From the NCBI GenBank assembly GCA_019244185.1, contig JAFATB010000013.1, forward strand, positions 1 to 64,000: a stretch of 64,000 bases of DNA, read 5' to 3'. Positions 44,054-53,542 of the stretch are shown in pieces. Made by a program: the position numbers and the translations under genes. Numbering within the stretch: position 1 is the stretch's first letter; each line of letters opens with the position of its first letter. The stretch is from Acidobacteriota bacterium. GTDB lineage: Bacteria > Acidobacteriota > Thermoanaerobaculia > Gp7-AA8. The notes below the pieces were generated by a model. The model saw only the letters and a list, made by a program, of their open reading frames with translations, did not search any database and had not been told where the DNA came from.

Positions 44054-44782
44054 ATGCTCCACGCCGCCGCCTCCACTCCGCCCGCAACTTGCCCGCGCTG
44101 CAACGGCTCCGGCTGGATTCCCGTTTCCGCCGACTCGCTCCGCGTCGAAGCGTGCGCGTGTCAGGGCGATCTGCGGCGGCAGCAGCGCGTGGTGGCGGCG
44201 AGCATTCCGAAGCGCTACGAGCATTGCACGCTGGAGACGTTTCGCGAGAAGTCGGCGGTGCTGCGCAACGCGAAGACGCGCATCCAGGAGCTCGTCGATC
44301 TGTGGCCGCATCTCTCCGAAGGGCGCGGCCTCCTGCTGATGGGCGGCTGCGGCGTCGGCAAGACGCATCTCGCCGTTGCGGCGCTGCTGGAGATCATCCG
44401 CAGCGGCAAGCCGGGACGCATGCTCTTCTCGAACTTTCAGGACCTCATTCAGGAGATCCAGGCGTCGTTCGACAACGATCAGGTGCCGAGCAAGTCGGAG
44501 CTCCTGCGGCCGCTGCTCGAAGTCGATCTGCTCGTGCTCGACGAGCTCGGGTCGCAGAAGCCGACCACGTTCGTGCAGGACATCCTCTATTACGTGATCA
44601 ACACGCGCTACAACGAGGAGCGCGCGACGATCTTCACCACGAACTACTTCGACCGGCCCGCGGACGTGAAGGACGAGACGCTCGAGCAGCGCATCGGCAC
44701 GCGGCTGCGCAGCCGGCTCGCGGAGATGGCCGAGCGCGTCGAGTTTACCGGCGCGACGGACCATCGGCGGAACACGCTGTGA
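44054..44782 (+). CDS. DnaC/IstB-like AAA+ ATPase with N-terminal CxxC..CxC
   Basis: CPRCNGSG..CAC, IPKRY, GGCGVGKTHLA, LLVLDELG, TTN, RLRSRL. Confidence 0.88.
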   Translation: MLHAAASTPPATCPRCNGSGWIPVSADSLRVEACACQGDLRRQQRVVAASIPKRYEHCTLETFREKSAVLRNAKTRIQELVDLWPHLSEGRGLLLMGGCGVGKTHLAVAALLEIIRSGKPGRMLFSNFQDLIQEIQASFDNDQVPSKSELLRPLLEVDLLVLDELGSQKPTTFVQDILYYVINTRYNEERATIFTTNYFDRPADVKDETLEQRIGTRLRSRLAEMAERVEFTGATDHRRNTL

Positions 44783-45729
44783 AGCGCGGAGTCTTCGACA
44801 CGCTCAAGCGCGGCTTCGACGACAACCTCGCGAACTGGCCGCTGATCGCGATCCGCATCGCGCAGATGGTGCTCGTCTTCGCGATGGTGATCGGCGGGAT
44901 GCTGGCCATGCTCGTGCCGCTGCTGCTGTCGGTCGGCATCCGCGTGGCGTCGCTGCATTCGCCCGAGTCGTTTGAGAGCGCGATGGAGGCGCTGCTGCAC
45001 AACCCGCTGCTGTTCATCTGGCTCGGCGTCGGGCTGTTCGTGCTGATCGGGCTGCTGATCGCCATCGGCGCGTTCGTCGAAGCGGGTTGCGCGCGCGTCT
45101 ACGTCGACGCGGAGCGCGCCGCGGGTCCGGCGGTGAACGGCCTGCGCGCGCGGTTCCACCTGTTCAACATGCAGCGCTTTCTCGCCGGCGCGACGTCGGG
45201 CTGGTGGCCGGTGTTCTGGATGTACAACCTCATCTGGTCGCTCGCCGCGCTGATTCTGCTCGTGCCGCTCGCGATCACCGCCGTGCTGATGTTTCTCACG
45301 CGCAACAACCAGCCGCTGATGATCGTCTTCGGCGTCGGCGGGTTGCTGCTCGTGATCGTGCTCGCGATTCCGCTGGCCATCGTCACCGGCATGTGGTCGA
45401 ACCGCGCGGTGATGCAGTGGACGATCGACCGCGCCGGCACCGGCGCCGCGATCTCCGCCTCCTGGCGCGCGATCTCTCACGACCTCCCTCGCCACCTCGG
45501 CGTGGCCGCATGCATGCTCGTCATCGCCTTCGCCGCGTCGTCCGTCGCCGGCAGCTTCGGCTTCTTCGCCGCGTTCGCGCAGGCGGCCGGCCGCGACAAC
45601 GCGTTCGTGCCGCTGGCGATGATGCCGCTGCGCTTTTTCTCGCAGATCGTGAGCATCGCCTGCAGCGCGGCGGTGACGAGCTGGTACGCCGCATCGTTCG
45701 CGGCGCTCACCGTGGAGAGCCCTCGTTGA
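44779..45729 (+). CDS. Hypothetical multi-pass membrane protein
   Basis: About 6 hydrophobic helices; GTGA/TTGA overlaps with both neighbours. Confidence 0.78.
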   Translation: MKRGVFDTLKRGFDDNLANWPLIAIRIAQMVLVFAMVIGGMLAMLVPLLLSVGIRVASLHSPESFESAMEALLHNPLLFIWLGVGLFVLIGLLIAIGAFVEAGCARVYVDAERAAGPAVNGLRARFHLFNMQRFLAGATSGWWPVFWMYNLIWSLAALILLVPLAITAVLMFLTRNNQPLMIVFGVGGLLLVIVLAIPLAIVTGMWSNRAVMQWTIDRAGTGAAISASWRAISHDLPRHLGVAACMLVIAFAASSVAGSFGFFAAFAQAAGRDNAFVPLAMMPLRFFSQIVSIACSAAVTSWYAASFAALTVESPR

Positions 45730-46913
45730 CGTCGTACGAATCGTTTCTCTCGCGCGACGCGCAGAGCTTCCGGCCATCTGCGATCCGGGCGTTCGCGAAA
45801 CTGATCAACGACCCGAACATCATCTCTTTCGCCGGCGGCGTGCCGAATCCGGAGACGTTCCCCGCCGCCGCCGTCGCGGAGCTCGCCGAGCGCATCATCC
45901 GCACGCGGCCGCAGATCGCGCTGCAGTACGGGCCGACGCGCGGCATTCCGCGGCTCTGCGATTCAATCGCGGCGATCTGCCGCGCGCGCGGCATCGACGC
46001 GACGGCCGACGACGTGCTGACCACGACCGGCTCGCAGCAGGCGCTCGATCTCATCGCGCACGCGCTGCTCGATCCGGGCGACGTCGTCGCGGTGGAACTG
46101 CCGACGTACATCGGCGGCTCCGCGTCCTTCTTCGCGCGCAGCGCGGAGCTCGCGGGCGTCGCGCAGGACGACGAGGGCATCGTGCCGGAGTCGCTGCGCG
46201 CGCTCGCGTCGCGACGCCGCATCAAGCTGCTTTATACGATTCCGAACTTTCAGAATCCGTCGGGACGCCTCATGACGCAGGCGCGGCGCGATGCGGTGCT
46301 CGCGCTGGCGGAGGAGTTCGACTTTCTCGTCATCGAAGACGATCCGTACGGCGAGCTGCGTTACGTAGCCGACGCCGACACCACTGCGATGAAGTCGCGC
46401 GACGCGCACGGCCGCGTCCTCTACCTCGGGTCGTTCTCGAAAGTCCTCGCGCCGGGCCTGCGTTGCGGCTGGATCGTCGCGCCGCGGACGCTCCTCGCGA
46501 CGCTGGAGATCGCGAAGCAGGCCGCCGATCTCTGCTCGGGCATGCTCGATCAATCCGTCGTCGACGAGTTCGTCGCGAGCGGCGCGCTCGCGCCGCAGAT
46601 CGAGCGCGTGCGCGCCTTCTATCGCGGCAAACGCGGCGTGCTGCTCGACGCGCTGCAAACGCATTTCGGCGGACGCGCGACGTGGACGCCGGCCGACGGC
46701 GGACTCTTCACGTTCATGACGCTCGGCGACGACGTCGACACCGCGGCGCGCGTTGCGGATGCGGTCGCGAACGGCGTCGCGTACATCCCCGGCGGACCGT
46801 TTTTCGTCGACGGCAGCGGGCGCAATACGATGCGTCTGACGTTCGCGAAAGAGAGCGACGAGCGGCTGCGCGAAGGTGTCGCGCGGCTCGCAAAAGTTTT
46901 CGGTTTACACTAG
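45726..46913 (+). CDS. PLP-dependent aminotransferase class I/II (2-aminoadipate transaminase-like)
   Basis: ISFAGGVP, LQYG, FQNPSG, EDDPYGEL, SFSKVLAPGLR. Confidence 0.9.
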   Translation: MTSYESFLSRDAQSFRPSAIRAFAKLINDPNIISFAGGVPNPETFPAAAVAELAERIIRTRPQIALQYGPTRGIPRLCDSIAAICRARGIDATADDVLTTTGSQQALDLIAHALLDPGDVVAVELPTYIGGSASFFARSAELAGVAQDDEGIVPESLRALASRRRIKLLYTIPNFQNPSGRLMTQARRDAVLALAEEFDFLVIEDDPYGELRYVADADTTAMKSRDAHGRVLYLGSFSKVLAPGLRCGWIVAPRTLLATLEIAKQAADLCSGMLDQSVVDEFVASGALAPQIERVRAFYRGKRGVLLDALQTHFGGRATWTPADGGLFTFMTLGDDVDTAARVADAVANGVAYIPGGPFFVDGSGRNTMRLTFAKESDERLREGVARLAKVFGLH

Positions 46914-46964
46914 CTCTACACTGGCTTCACTGGCGTTCAACTACTCTCGGAGGCGTCCCAAACC

Positions 46965-47579
46965 TTGGACCATCATCGCGGCGGCTGGATCGAAATCATC
47001 GCCGGAGGCATGTTCTCCGGGAAATCGGAAGAGCTGATCCGGCGGTTGCGGCGCGCGGTCATCGCGCGGCAGCGCGTGCAGGTCTTCAAGCCGCTGCTCG
47101 ACGACCGTTTCGCGACCGATGAAGTGGTCTCGCGCGACGAGCGGCGCCTCAAAGCGATCGCGGTCGCGACCAGCGCGGAGCTCCTCGCGCGCATCGAGAT
47201 CGGCGTGCAGGTGGTCGGCATCGACGAGGTGCAGTTCTTCGACGCGGGCGTCGTGGAAGTGTGCATGCAGCTCGCGGACGCGGGCATCCGCGTGATCGCC
47301 GCGGGACTCGATCAGGACTACATGCGGCGGCCGTTCGGTCCGATGCCGGCACTGCTCGCGGTGGCCGAGGAAGTGTCGAAGATGCATGCGGTGTGCGTGC
47401 GCTGCCGCGGCGCCGCGCATTACTCGCAGCGGGTGAGCGGCGGGAACGCGCAGGTGGAAGTGGGCGACTCGTCGTACGAGGCGCGTTGCCGGCACTGCTT
47501 CGAGGCGTATCACGCCGCGCCGGAAGACACGCCCGCGGTGCAGCTCACGATTCCGCGGCCGGCAGTCGGGAACGCGTGA
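46965..47579 (+). CDS. tdk: Thymidine kinase
   Basis: GGMFSGKSEELIRR, IDEVQF, AGLD, CVRC, YEARCRHC. Confidence 0.95.
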   Translation: MDHHRGGWIEIIAGGMFSGKSEELIRRLRRAVIARQRVQVFKPLLDDRFATDEVVSRDERRLKAIAVATSAELLARIEIGVQVVGIDEVQFFDAGVVEVCMQLADAGIRVIAAGLDQDYMRRPFGPMPALLAVAEEVSKMHAVCVRCRGAAHYSQRVSGGNAQVEVGDSSYEARCRHCFEAYHAAPEDTPAVQLTIPRPAVGNA

Positions 47580-48979
47580 GCCGCCGCGCCGCCGGTCTGC
47601 TCCTCCTCACGTTCTTCTTTCTGGCGCCGTTGCATTGCCGCAAGGCGGACGGCGGGACGGACGACCCGGTCGCGCGCGAAGCGGAAGATGCGCTCGTCGC
47701 GTATCTGCGCATCGATACCTCGAACCCGCCGGGCAACGAGACCACCGGTGCGACGTTCCTCCGCGACCTGCTCGCGAAAAACGGGATTCCCGCGCGCCTC
47801 GTCGGCGACGATCCGCGGCGGCAGGGCGTGTACGCGCGGCTCGCGGCGCCGGGCTCGAAAGAGAAAGCGCTGCTCCTGCTCTCGCACATCGACGTCGTCC
47901 CCGCGGACGGTCGCGACTGGACGCAGCCGCCGTTCGGCGGCGTGCGCTCCGGCGGCTACATCTGGGGCCGCGGCGCGCTCGACATCAAGTCGCTGACCAT
48001 CGCGCAGCTGATGGCGCTCGTCGATCTGAAGCGGCGCGGCGCGCGGCTGCGGCGCGACGTCATCTTTCTCGCGACGCCGGACGAGGAGCTCGGCGGCGTG
48101 CACGGCACGCGCGCATTGCTCGAGAAACATCCGGAGCTCTTCACGAACGTCGGCTTCGTGCTCAACGAAGGCGGCTCGAACGAGACCGCCGTCGATCGCG
48201 TGCTGTTCTGGGGCATCGAGGTGCAGCAGAAACTGCCGCTCTGGCTGCGGCTCACCGCGACCGGACCGGCCGGTCACGGCGCGGTGCCGCCGGGAGACGG
48301 CGGCGCGATCGCGCATCTGCTGCGCGCGCTGACGAAGGTGGAGGCGCTCGAACATCCGTATCGTCTCGACCCGAGCGTCGCGCGCGCGATGACCGCGGCG
48401 TCGGCGCTGCGCAAAGACGCGCGCGGCAAGTCGCTGCGGCTGCTGACGCACGAGCCGCTCGACGTCCAGGCCATCGAGACGGAACTGCCGCCCGGCTACC
48501 GCACGCTGCTGCGCGACACGGTGGCCATCACGCATCTCACCGCCGGCAGCGCGGTGAACGCGGTGCCGCGCCACGCGGTCGCGGAGCTGGATGTCCGTCT
48601 GCTCCCCAATTCCACCCCGGACGACATGCTCGCTTCCGTCCGAAAGGCAGTCGGGCATGACGCGGAGGTGGAGGTGCTGCTCTCCAGCAATCCGGTTCCC
48701 GACAGCCCCGCGAGCGGCGAGCTGTTCGACGCGCTCACGCGCACGCTGCACGCTGCCGCCCGCCGCGCCGCGGTCGCCCCGATCATCAGCGCCGGCACCA
48801 CCGACAGCCGCTACTTCCGCGCCCGCGGCATCCCGTCCTACGGCTTCTCGCCGTTCATGCTGAACTACTACGACGCCGACGGCGTCCACGGCATGGACGA
48901 GCGGATCCGCGCGGCGTTTTTCGGGGAAGGGGTGGGAGTGATGAGGGGGGTGGTGCGGGAGGTTTGTGAGAAAAGATGA
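47576..48979 (+). CDS. Exported M20/M25/M40 metallo-hydrolase
   Basis: Signal peptide; SHIDVVP, GRGALDIK, DEELGG, NEGG, GTTDSRYFR, HGMDER. Confidence 0.9.
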   Translation: MSRRAAGLLLLTFFFLAPLHCRKADGGTDDPVAREAEDALVAYLRIDTSNPPGNETTGATFLRDLLAKNGIPARLVGDDPRRQGVYARLAAPGSKEKALLLLSHIDVVPADGRDWTQPPFGGVRSGGYIWGRGALDIKSLTIAQLMALVDLKRRGARLRRDVIFLATPDEELGGVHGTRALLEKHPELFTNVGFVLNEGGSNETAVDRVLFWGIEVQQKLPLWLRLTATGPAGHGAVPPGDGGAIAHLLRALTKVEALEHPYRLDPSVARAMTAASALRKDARGKSLRLLTHEPLDVQAIETELPPGYRTLLRDTVAITHLTAGSAVNAVPRHAVAELDVRLLPNSTPDDMLASVRKAVGHDAEVEVLLSSNPVPDSPASGELFDALTRTLHAAARRAAVAPIISAGTTDSRYFRARGIPSYGFSPFMLNYYDADGVHGMDERIRAAFFGEGVGVMRGVVREVCEKR

Positions 48980-49074
48980 ATGCAGAAAGCAGAACGCAGA
49001 ATGAAGAATTGAGAAATGGGTCCCGGTCCCACTTTCTACATTCTTCATTCTGCGTTCTGCGTTCTTCATTCATC
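48969..49074. repeat. Heptamer-unit palindromic element, copy 3 (imperfect; lies in a gene junction)
   Basis: AGAAAAGAT-GAATGCA-GAAAGCA-GAACGCA-GAATGAA-GAATTGAGAAA ... TTCATTC-TGCGTTC-TGCGTTC-TTCATTC-ATC. Confidence 0.88.
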
Positions 49075-50835
49075 GTTCATCGCTTCGCCTTCCTCCTCCT
49101 CTCCCTCCTCACCCTCGCCCTCTTCCTCCCTCCTCTCCTCCGCAACCACGTCTTCGTCCTCCGCGACCATCTCGACTACTTTCAGCCGCTGCGCTTCTTC
49201 ACCGCGTCCGAACTGCGCGCGGGGCGCATCCCGTACTGGAATCCGTACAACGCGTCCGGTGAGCCGTGGCTGGCGAATCCGCAGACGGGCGTGTTTTATC
49301 CGCCGGCATGGCTGCTCGTCGTGCTGCCGTTCGCGACGGCGTACATGCTCTTCCTGCTGCTGCACGTGCTGCTCCTCGGCTTGGGCGCGTATCTCTTCTT
49401 CGCGCGGAAAGCGTCGCAGGGCGCGGCGCTCGCGGGCGCGGTCGCGCTGATGTTCAGCGGGCCGGTGCTGTCGCTGCTCGACATCAACAACAACCTCGCC
49501 ACGCTCGCGTGGATCCCGCTCGCGCTCTGGTGCGCGGCGGAAGGCGCGTGGCGGCGCGGCGCGTTCGCGCTCGCGCTCGCGTTTCTCGGCGGCGAGCCGT
49601 TCTTCGCGGCGATCGGCGCGCTGCTCTACGTCGTCATCCGCCGCAACCGCGACGTCGTGTGGACCGCGCTCGGCGCGTTCGGACTCTCCGCGATTCAGCT
49701 GCTGCCGTTTCTCGATCTGCTGCGCGGCAGCGATCGCGCGGCGCGGCTCGATGCGACGACGATCCTGCGCGACTCGATGCCGCTGCGCGACTGGCTGCGC
49801 ATCGCCGTTCCTCCCACGCTCAACTCCTCCGCCTTCGACGCGCACCTCGGCCAGCATTTTTTACCCGCGATCTACCTCGGCATCGCCGTCGTCGCCATTG
49901 CGCTCGCCGGGATTCGCAAGCAGACGCTCGGCTGGCTCGCGTTGCTGGCGATCGTCGCGATCGTCGCGTCGGGACCGGCATGGCTCGCGTCGATGCCGCT
50001 CACGCTCTTCCGCTATCCCGCGCGCGTCGTGCCGTTCGGCGCGCTCGCGGTAGCCGCGCTCTTCGTCGCGGGATGGGAGCGCATCCGCGCGTACGTGCTT
50101 CCGAACAAACGATGGGTCGATCTCCTGCTCGTACTGATCGTGCTCGCGGACCTCGTCCCGCGCATGCAGCCGCTCTTCGCCAGCGCGCCGTTCAATCCGC
50201 ATCCGCTGCCGTACGCGCGCGCGGTCGGCGGCGAGCTGAAAGTCCTGCGCGTCGGCGAGATCGAGCCGCGGCAGCGCACGGTGTGGATGTCCGGCTATCT
50301 CAATCTCTACGATCGGCGCTTCGACGTCTCGACGGCGGCGCCGGTCGTGAGCGACGCGTACGCGCGCATGTACCGTCAGTTGCTCGAGCATCCGTCGCAC
50401 GCGCTGCTCGATCGCATCTCCGCGGGCTGGCTACTGTCGAAGGTCGATCTCACGCATTCGTTCGCGCGCGTCGGCAGCATCGGCGGCGTGTCGCTCTTCC
50501 GCAATGCGGAAGCGTGGCCGCTGGCGGTGCTCGTCGACGGACGCGTGATCCGCGGCGTGATGGTGGAGCTCGACACGCAACGCGCGCGCGTCGTCGTCGA
50601 CACACCGCATCCGTCGTACGTGATGCTCACGCAACAACGCGCACGTGGCTGGACGCTGACCTTCGACGGAACGCCCGCCGAAGACTCCGCGGCGTACGGA
50701 ATGTTCCGCGGATTTCGCGTGCCGCGCGGCCATCACGAACTGCTTTGGACGTATCGTCCGCCGCTGCTGCACGCCGGCGCGCTGCTGACGCTCGTGACGC
50801 TCGTCGCGATGTTTGTCAAGCGTTCACGCGCATGA
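48976..50835 (+). CDS. YfhO-like GT-C membrane glycosyltransferase
   Basis: PYWNPYNASGEPWLANPQTGVFYP, FRYPAR, C-terminal GW...FRGFRVPRGHHEL..Y.P; many TMs. Confidence 0.82.
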   Translation: MNAESRTQNEELRNGSRSHFLHSSFCVLRSSFIVHRFAFLLLSLLTLALFLPPLLRNHVFVLRDHLDYFQPLRFFTASELRAGRIPYWNPYNASGEPWLANPQTGVFYPPAWLLVVLPFATAYMLFLLLHVLLLGLGAYLFFARKASQGAALAGAVALMFSGPVLSLLDINNNLATLAWIPLALWCAAEGAWRRGAFALALAFLGGEPFFAAIGALLYVVIRRNRDVVWTALGAFGLSAIQLLPFLDLLRGSDRAARLDATTILRDSMPLRDWLRIAVPPTLNSSAFDAHLGQHFLPAIYLGIAVVAIALAGIRKQTLGWLALLAIVAIVASGPAWLASMPLTLFRYPARVVPFGALAVAALFVAGWERIRAYVLPNKRWVDLLLVLIVLADLVPRMQPLFASAPFNPHPLPYARAVGGELKVLRVGEIEPRQRTVWMSGYLNLYDRRFDVSTAAPVVSDAYARMYRQLLEHPSHALLDRISAGWLLSKVDLTHSFARVGSIGGVSLFRNAEAWPLAVLVDGRVIRGVMVELDTQRARVVVDTPHPSYVMLTQQRARGWTLTFDGTPAEDSAAYGMFRGFRVPRGHHELLWTYRPPLLHAGALLTLVTLVAMFVKRSRA

Positions 50836-50920
50836 GCGAGACGAAAAATTTTTCTTCGTGTCCCTCCAATTGCGAGTAGTAGAATCTCGCCTCTCCAAGA
50901 TCACCACAGAGGTCAACGAA

Positions 50921-51220
50921 ATGGTAAGCATCGACGATCGCTTGAATGCCATCATCCGGGAATTGATTGGCAGCGGAATCACCCTGGCACAGGCGGTCGA
51001 AGCGTTCGAAGGGAAGTACATTGCCGCGGCCATGACCGCGAGCAAAGGCAACGTGACGCAGGCCTCGCGCAAGCTCGGCGTCCACCGCAACACGCTCCAC
51101 AACAAACTGCGCACGCAGACGATGCTCAACGGATTCGCCGAGTCGGTGCGCCCCGTGCGGCGCCGCGCCGCTCTCTCGCACAAGCGCGTCGCGATCCGTT
51201 CGTCCCGCACCGCGCGCTGA
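50921..51220 (+). CDS. Fis-type helix-turn-helix protein
   Basis: FEGKYIAAAM..GNVTQASRKLGVHRNTLHNKL; GAGG SD. Confidence 0.85.
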   Translation: MVSIDDRLNAIIRELIGSGITLAQAVEAFEGKYIAAAMTASKGNVTQASRKLGVHRNTLHNKLRTQTMLNGFAESVRPVRRRAALSHKRVAIRSSRTAR

Positions 51221-51232
51221 CGGGACACTCCC

Positions 51233-53485
51233 GTGGCGCGCTCCCTGTCCGTTCCTGAACGCCCCGCGCTCCAGCAATCGATCGTCGACCTGCTCCGCCA
51301 GCGCGGCAGCCGTCTGCTGACGATCAAGGACATCGCCGAACGACTCGAGGACGCCGACGCCACGCGCGAGCAGGTCGAGCGCGCGGTCGAGGAGCTCGAA
51401 CAGGACGGCGTCATCCTCGCCGTGCGCGGCAAGCGCTACTCGCTGCTCGAGTTCACGCCGTATCACGCTGGCAGCATCCGCGTGCATCCCGACGGTCACG
51501 GCACGATCCTCGGCGGCCCCGACTCCGACGACATCTACATCGACCGCCGCTCGATGAAAGGCGCGATGAACGGCGATCTCGTCGTCGTGCGCGTCGACAA
51601 GCAGCGGCCGTCGTTCAAGAAGCTCCGCGACCGCCGCTACATCGTCGGCGAAGTGACGCAGGTGCTGCGCCGCGCGCATCGCACCGTCGTCGGGCGCTTT
51701 CATCTCGAGCCCGAGCCGTACGTCGTGCCGTTCGACGTCCGCATCGACACCGACATCCTCATCGAGGAAGACGCCACGTACGACGCGCGCGAAGGAGAGA
51801 TGGTCAACGTCGAGATCGATCGCTATCCCGACCGCTCGTCGCATCTCGCCACCGGACGCGTCGTCGAAGTGCTCGGCTTCATCGGCGATCCCGGCGTCGA
51901 CATCGAAGTCGTCGTCCGCAAGCACCACATCCCGCACAACTTTCCGCAGGAAGTGCTGGACGCCGCCGACGCCATTCCCTCCGAGGTTCCGCAGGACATC
52001 ATCGCGCAACGCGTCGATCTGCGCGAACGGCACATCGTCACGATCGACGGCGAGACCGCGAAAGACTTCGACGACGCGGTCGAAGTGCAGCTGCTGCCGA
52101 ACGGCAACTATCTCCTCGGCGTGCACATCGCCGACGTCGCGCATTACGTGACCGAGGGGAGTGAGCTCGACAAGGAAGCCTTCGAGCGCGGGACGTCGGT
52201 GTACTTTCCGGGACGCGCGATTCCGATGCTGCCGGAGCGGCTGTCGAACGGCATCTGCTCGCTGAATCCGCAGATCGAACGGCTCACGTTCTCGTGCGAG
52301 ATCGAGATCGACGGGCGCGGACGCTTCGTCGACCGCAAGGTCTACAAGTCCGTGATCCGCACGAAAGAGCGGATGACGTACACGAACGTCAACGCCATTC
52401 TCGTCGCGCGCGGACTCGCGCCGTCGTCGGGCGCGGAGCGCGATCGCGCGGCGGAAGCGAACGGCGCGGAACTGCTCGAACGCTACGGCTATCTCATCCC
52501 CGACTTCGAGCGCATGTTCGCGCTGTACGAGATTCTCCGCGTGCGCCGCGATCAGCGCGGCTCGATCGACTTCGACTTGCCCGAAGCGGAAGTGATGCTC
52601 GGCGAGAGCGGCGACATCGAAGCCATTCGTCCGACGGAGCGCAACGTCGCACACCGGCTCATCGAAGAGTTCATGCTCGCCGCGAACGAAGTCGTCGCGC
52701 GCGAGCTCGTGTTCGCGAATCAGCCCGGCCTCTATCGCGTGCACCAGCAGCCGGACCCGCAGAAGCTCGCGGACCTCAAAGACATCCTCAAAGAGTTCAA
52801 GCTGACGCTGCGCGGCAACCTCGAGGACATTCGCCCCGGCGAGCTGCAGCGCGTGCTGAAGAGCGTGGCCGGCACGCCCGAAGAACGCTTCCTCACGAAC
52901 ATCATCCTGCGCTCGATGAAGCGCGCGTTTTACTCCGAGGAGAACATCGGCCACTTCGCGCTCGGACTCGAGCACTACTGCCACTTCACCTCGCCGATCC
53001 GCCGCTATCCCGATCTCATCGTGCATCGCCGGCTCGCGGAGCTCATCGAGAGCGGCCCGCTGTACGGCGAGCGGCGCGAACAGATCGAGCGCGCGCATCC
53101 GCTGTACGCGCTGCAGTCGAGCGAGCGCGAACGCCGCGCGGAAGAAGCGGAGCGCGAAGTGCTGGAGTGGAAGAAAGTCATCTTCATGCGCGACAAGGTC
53201 GGCGAGGAGTACACCGGCATCGTCACCGGAGTCGCGCCGTTCGGCCTCTTCGTCGAGCTCGACGAGATCTTCGTGCAGGGCATGGTGCCGGTGGCGACGA
53301 TCGGCGGCGACTTCTGGATCTACGCCGACCGCGAGCACCGCATGCGCGGCGAGTCGACGAACCGCGAGCTCCGCCTCGGCGATCACGTGCGCATCCGCGT
53401 CGAGTCGATCGACGAAGACCGCCACCAGCTCGAGTTCCGCCTGCTCGAGGTCTCCGGCCAGCCGATCAAAGAACGAGAGCGCTGA
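51233..53485 (+). CDS. rnr: Ribonuclease R
   Basis: TIDGETAKDFDDA, VHIADV, LIEEFMLAAN, HFTSPIRRYPDL, C-terminal S1 domain. Confidence 0.95.
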   Translation: MARSLSVPERPALQQSIVDLLRQRGSRLLTIKDIAERLEDADATREQVERAVEELEQDGVILAVRGKRYSLLEFTPYHAGSIRVHPDGHGTILGGPDSDDIYIDRRSMKGAMNGDLVVVRVDKQRPSFKKLRDRRYIVGEVTQVLRRAHRTVVGRFHLEPEPYVVPFDVRIDTDILIEEDATYDAREGEMVNVEIDRYPDRSSHLATGRVVEVLGFIGDPGVDIEVVVRKHHIPHNFPQEVLDAADAIPSEVPQDIIAQRVDLRERHIVTIDGETAKDFDDAVEVQLLPNGNYLLGVHIADVAHYVTEGSELDKEAFERGTSVYFPGRAIPMLPERLSNGICSLNPQIERLTFSCEIEIDGRGRFVDRKVYKSVIRTKERMTYTNVNAILVARGLAPSSGAERDRAAEANGAELLERYGYLIPDFERMFALYEILRVRRDQRGSIDFDLPEAEVMLGESGDIEAIRPTERNVAHRLIEEFMLAANEVVARELVFANQPGLYRVHQQPDPQKLADLKDILKEFKLTLRGNLEDIRPGELQRVLKSVAGTPEERFLTNIILRSMKRAFYSEENIGHFALGLEHYCHFTSPIRRYPDLIVHRRLAELIESGPLYGERREQIERAHPLYALQSSERERRAEEAEREVLEWKKVIFMRDKVGEEYTGIVTGVAPFGLFVELDEIFVQGMVPVATIGGDFWIYADREHRMRGESTNRELRLGDHVRIRVESIDEDRHQLEFRLLEVSGQPIKERER

Positions 53486-53542
53486 GCCCGCCGGGCCTTT
53501 CGTTTGCACACGTCGTAAGTCCCTGATACAACAGGACACGAC

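Noticed and set aside
44054-44782. IS21 element or prophage replication module
   Set aside because: No IstA/DDE transposase, terminal repeats or phage genes.
37946-49074. Heptamer repeats as a CRISPR array
   Set aside because: They are inverted, dispersed and lack a repeat-spacer period; no cas operon (the nuclease-helicase is not in a cas context).
53486-53506. Intrinsic terminator after rnr
   Set aside because: Only a 4-bp stem with an interrupted U-tract; too weak to call.
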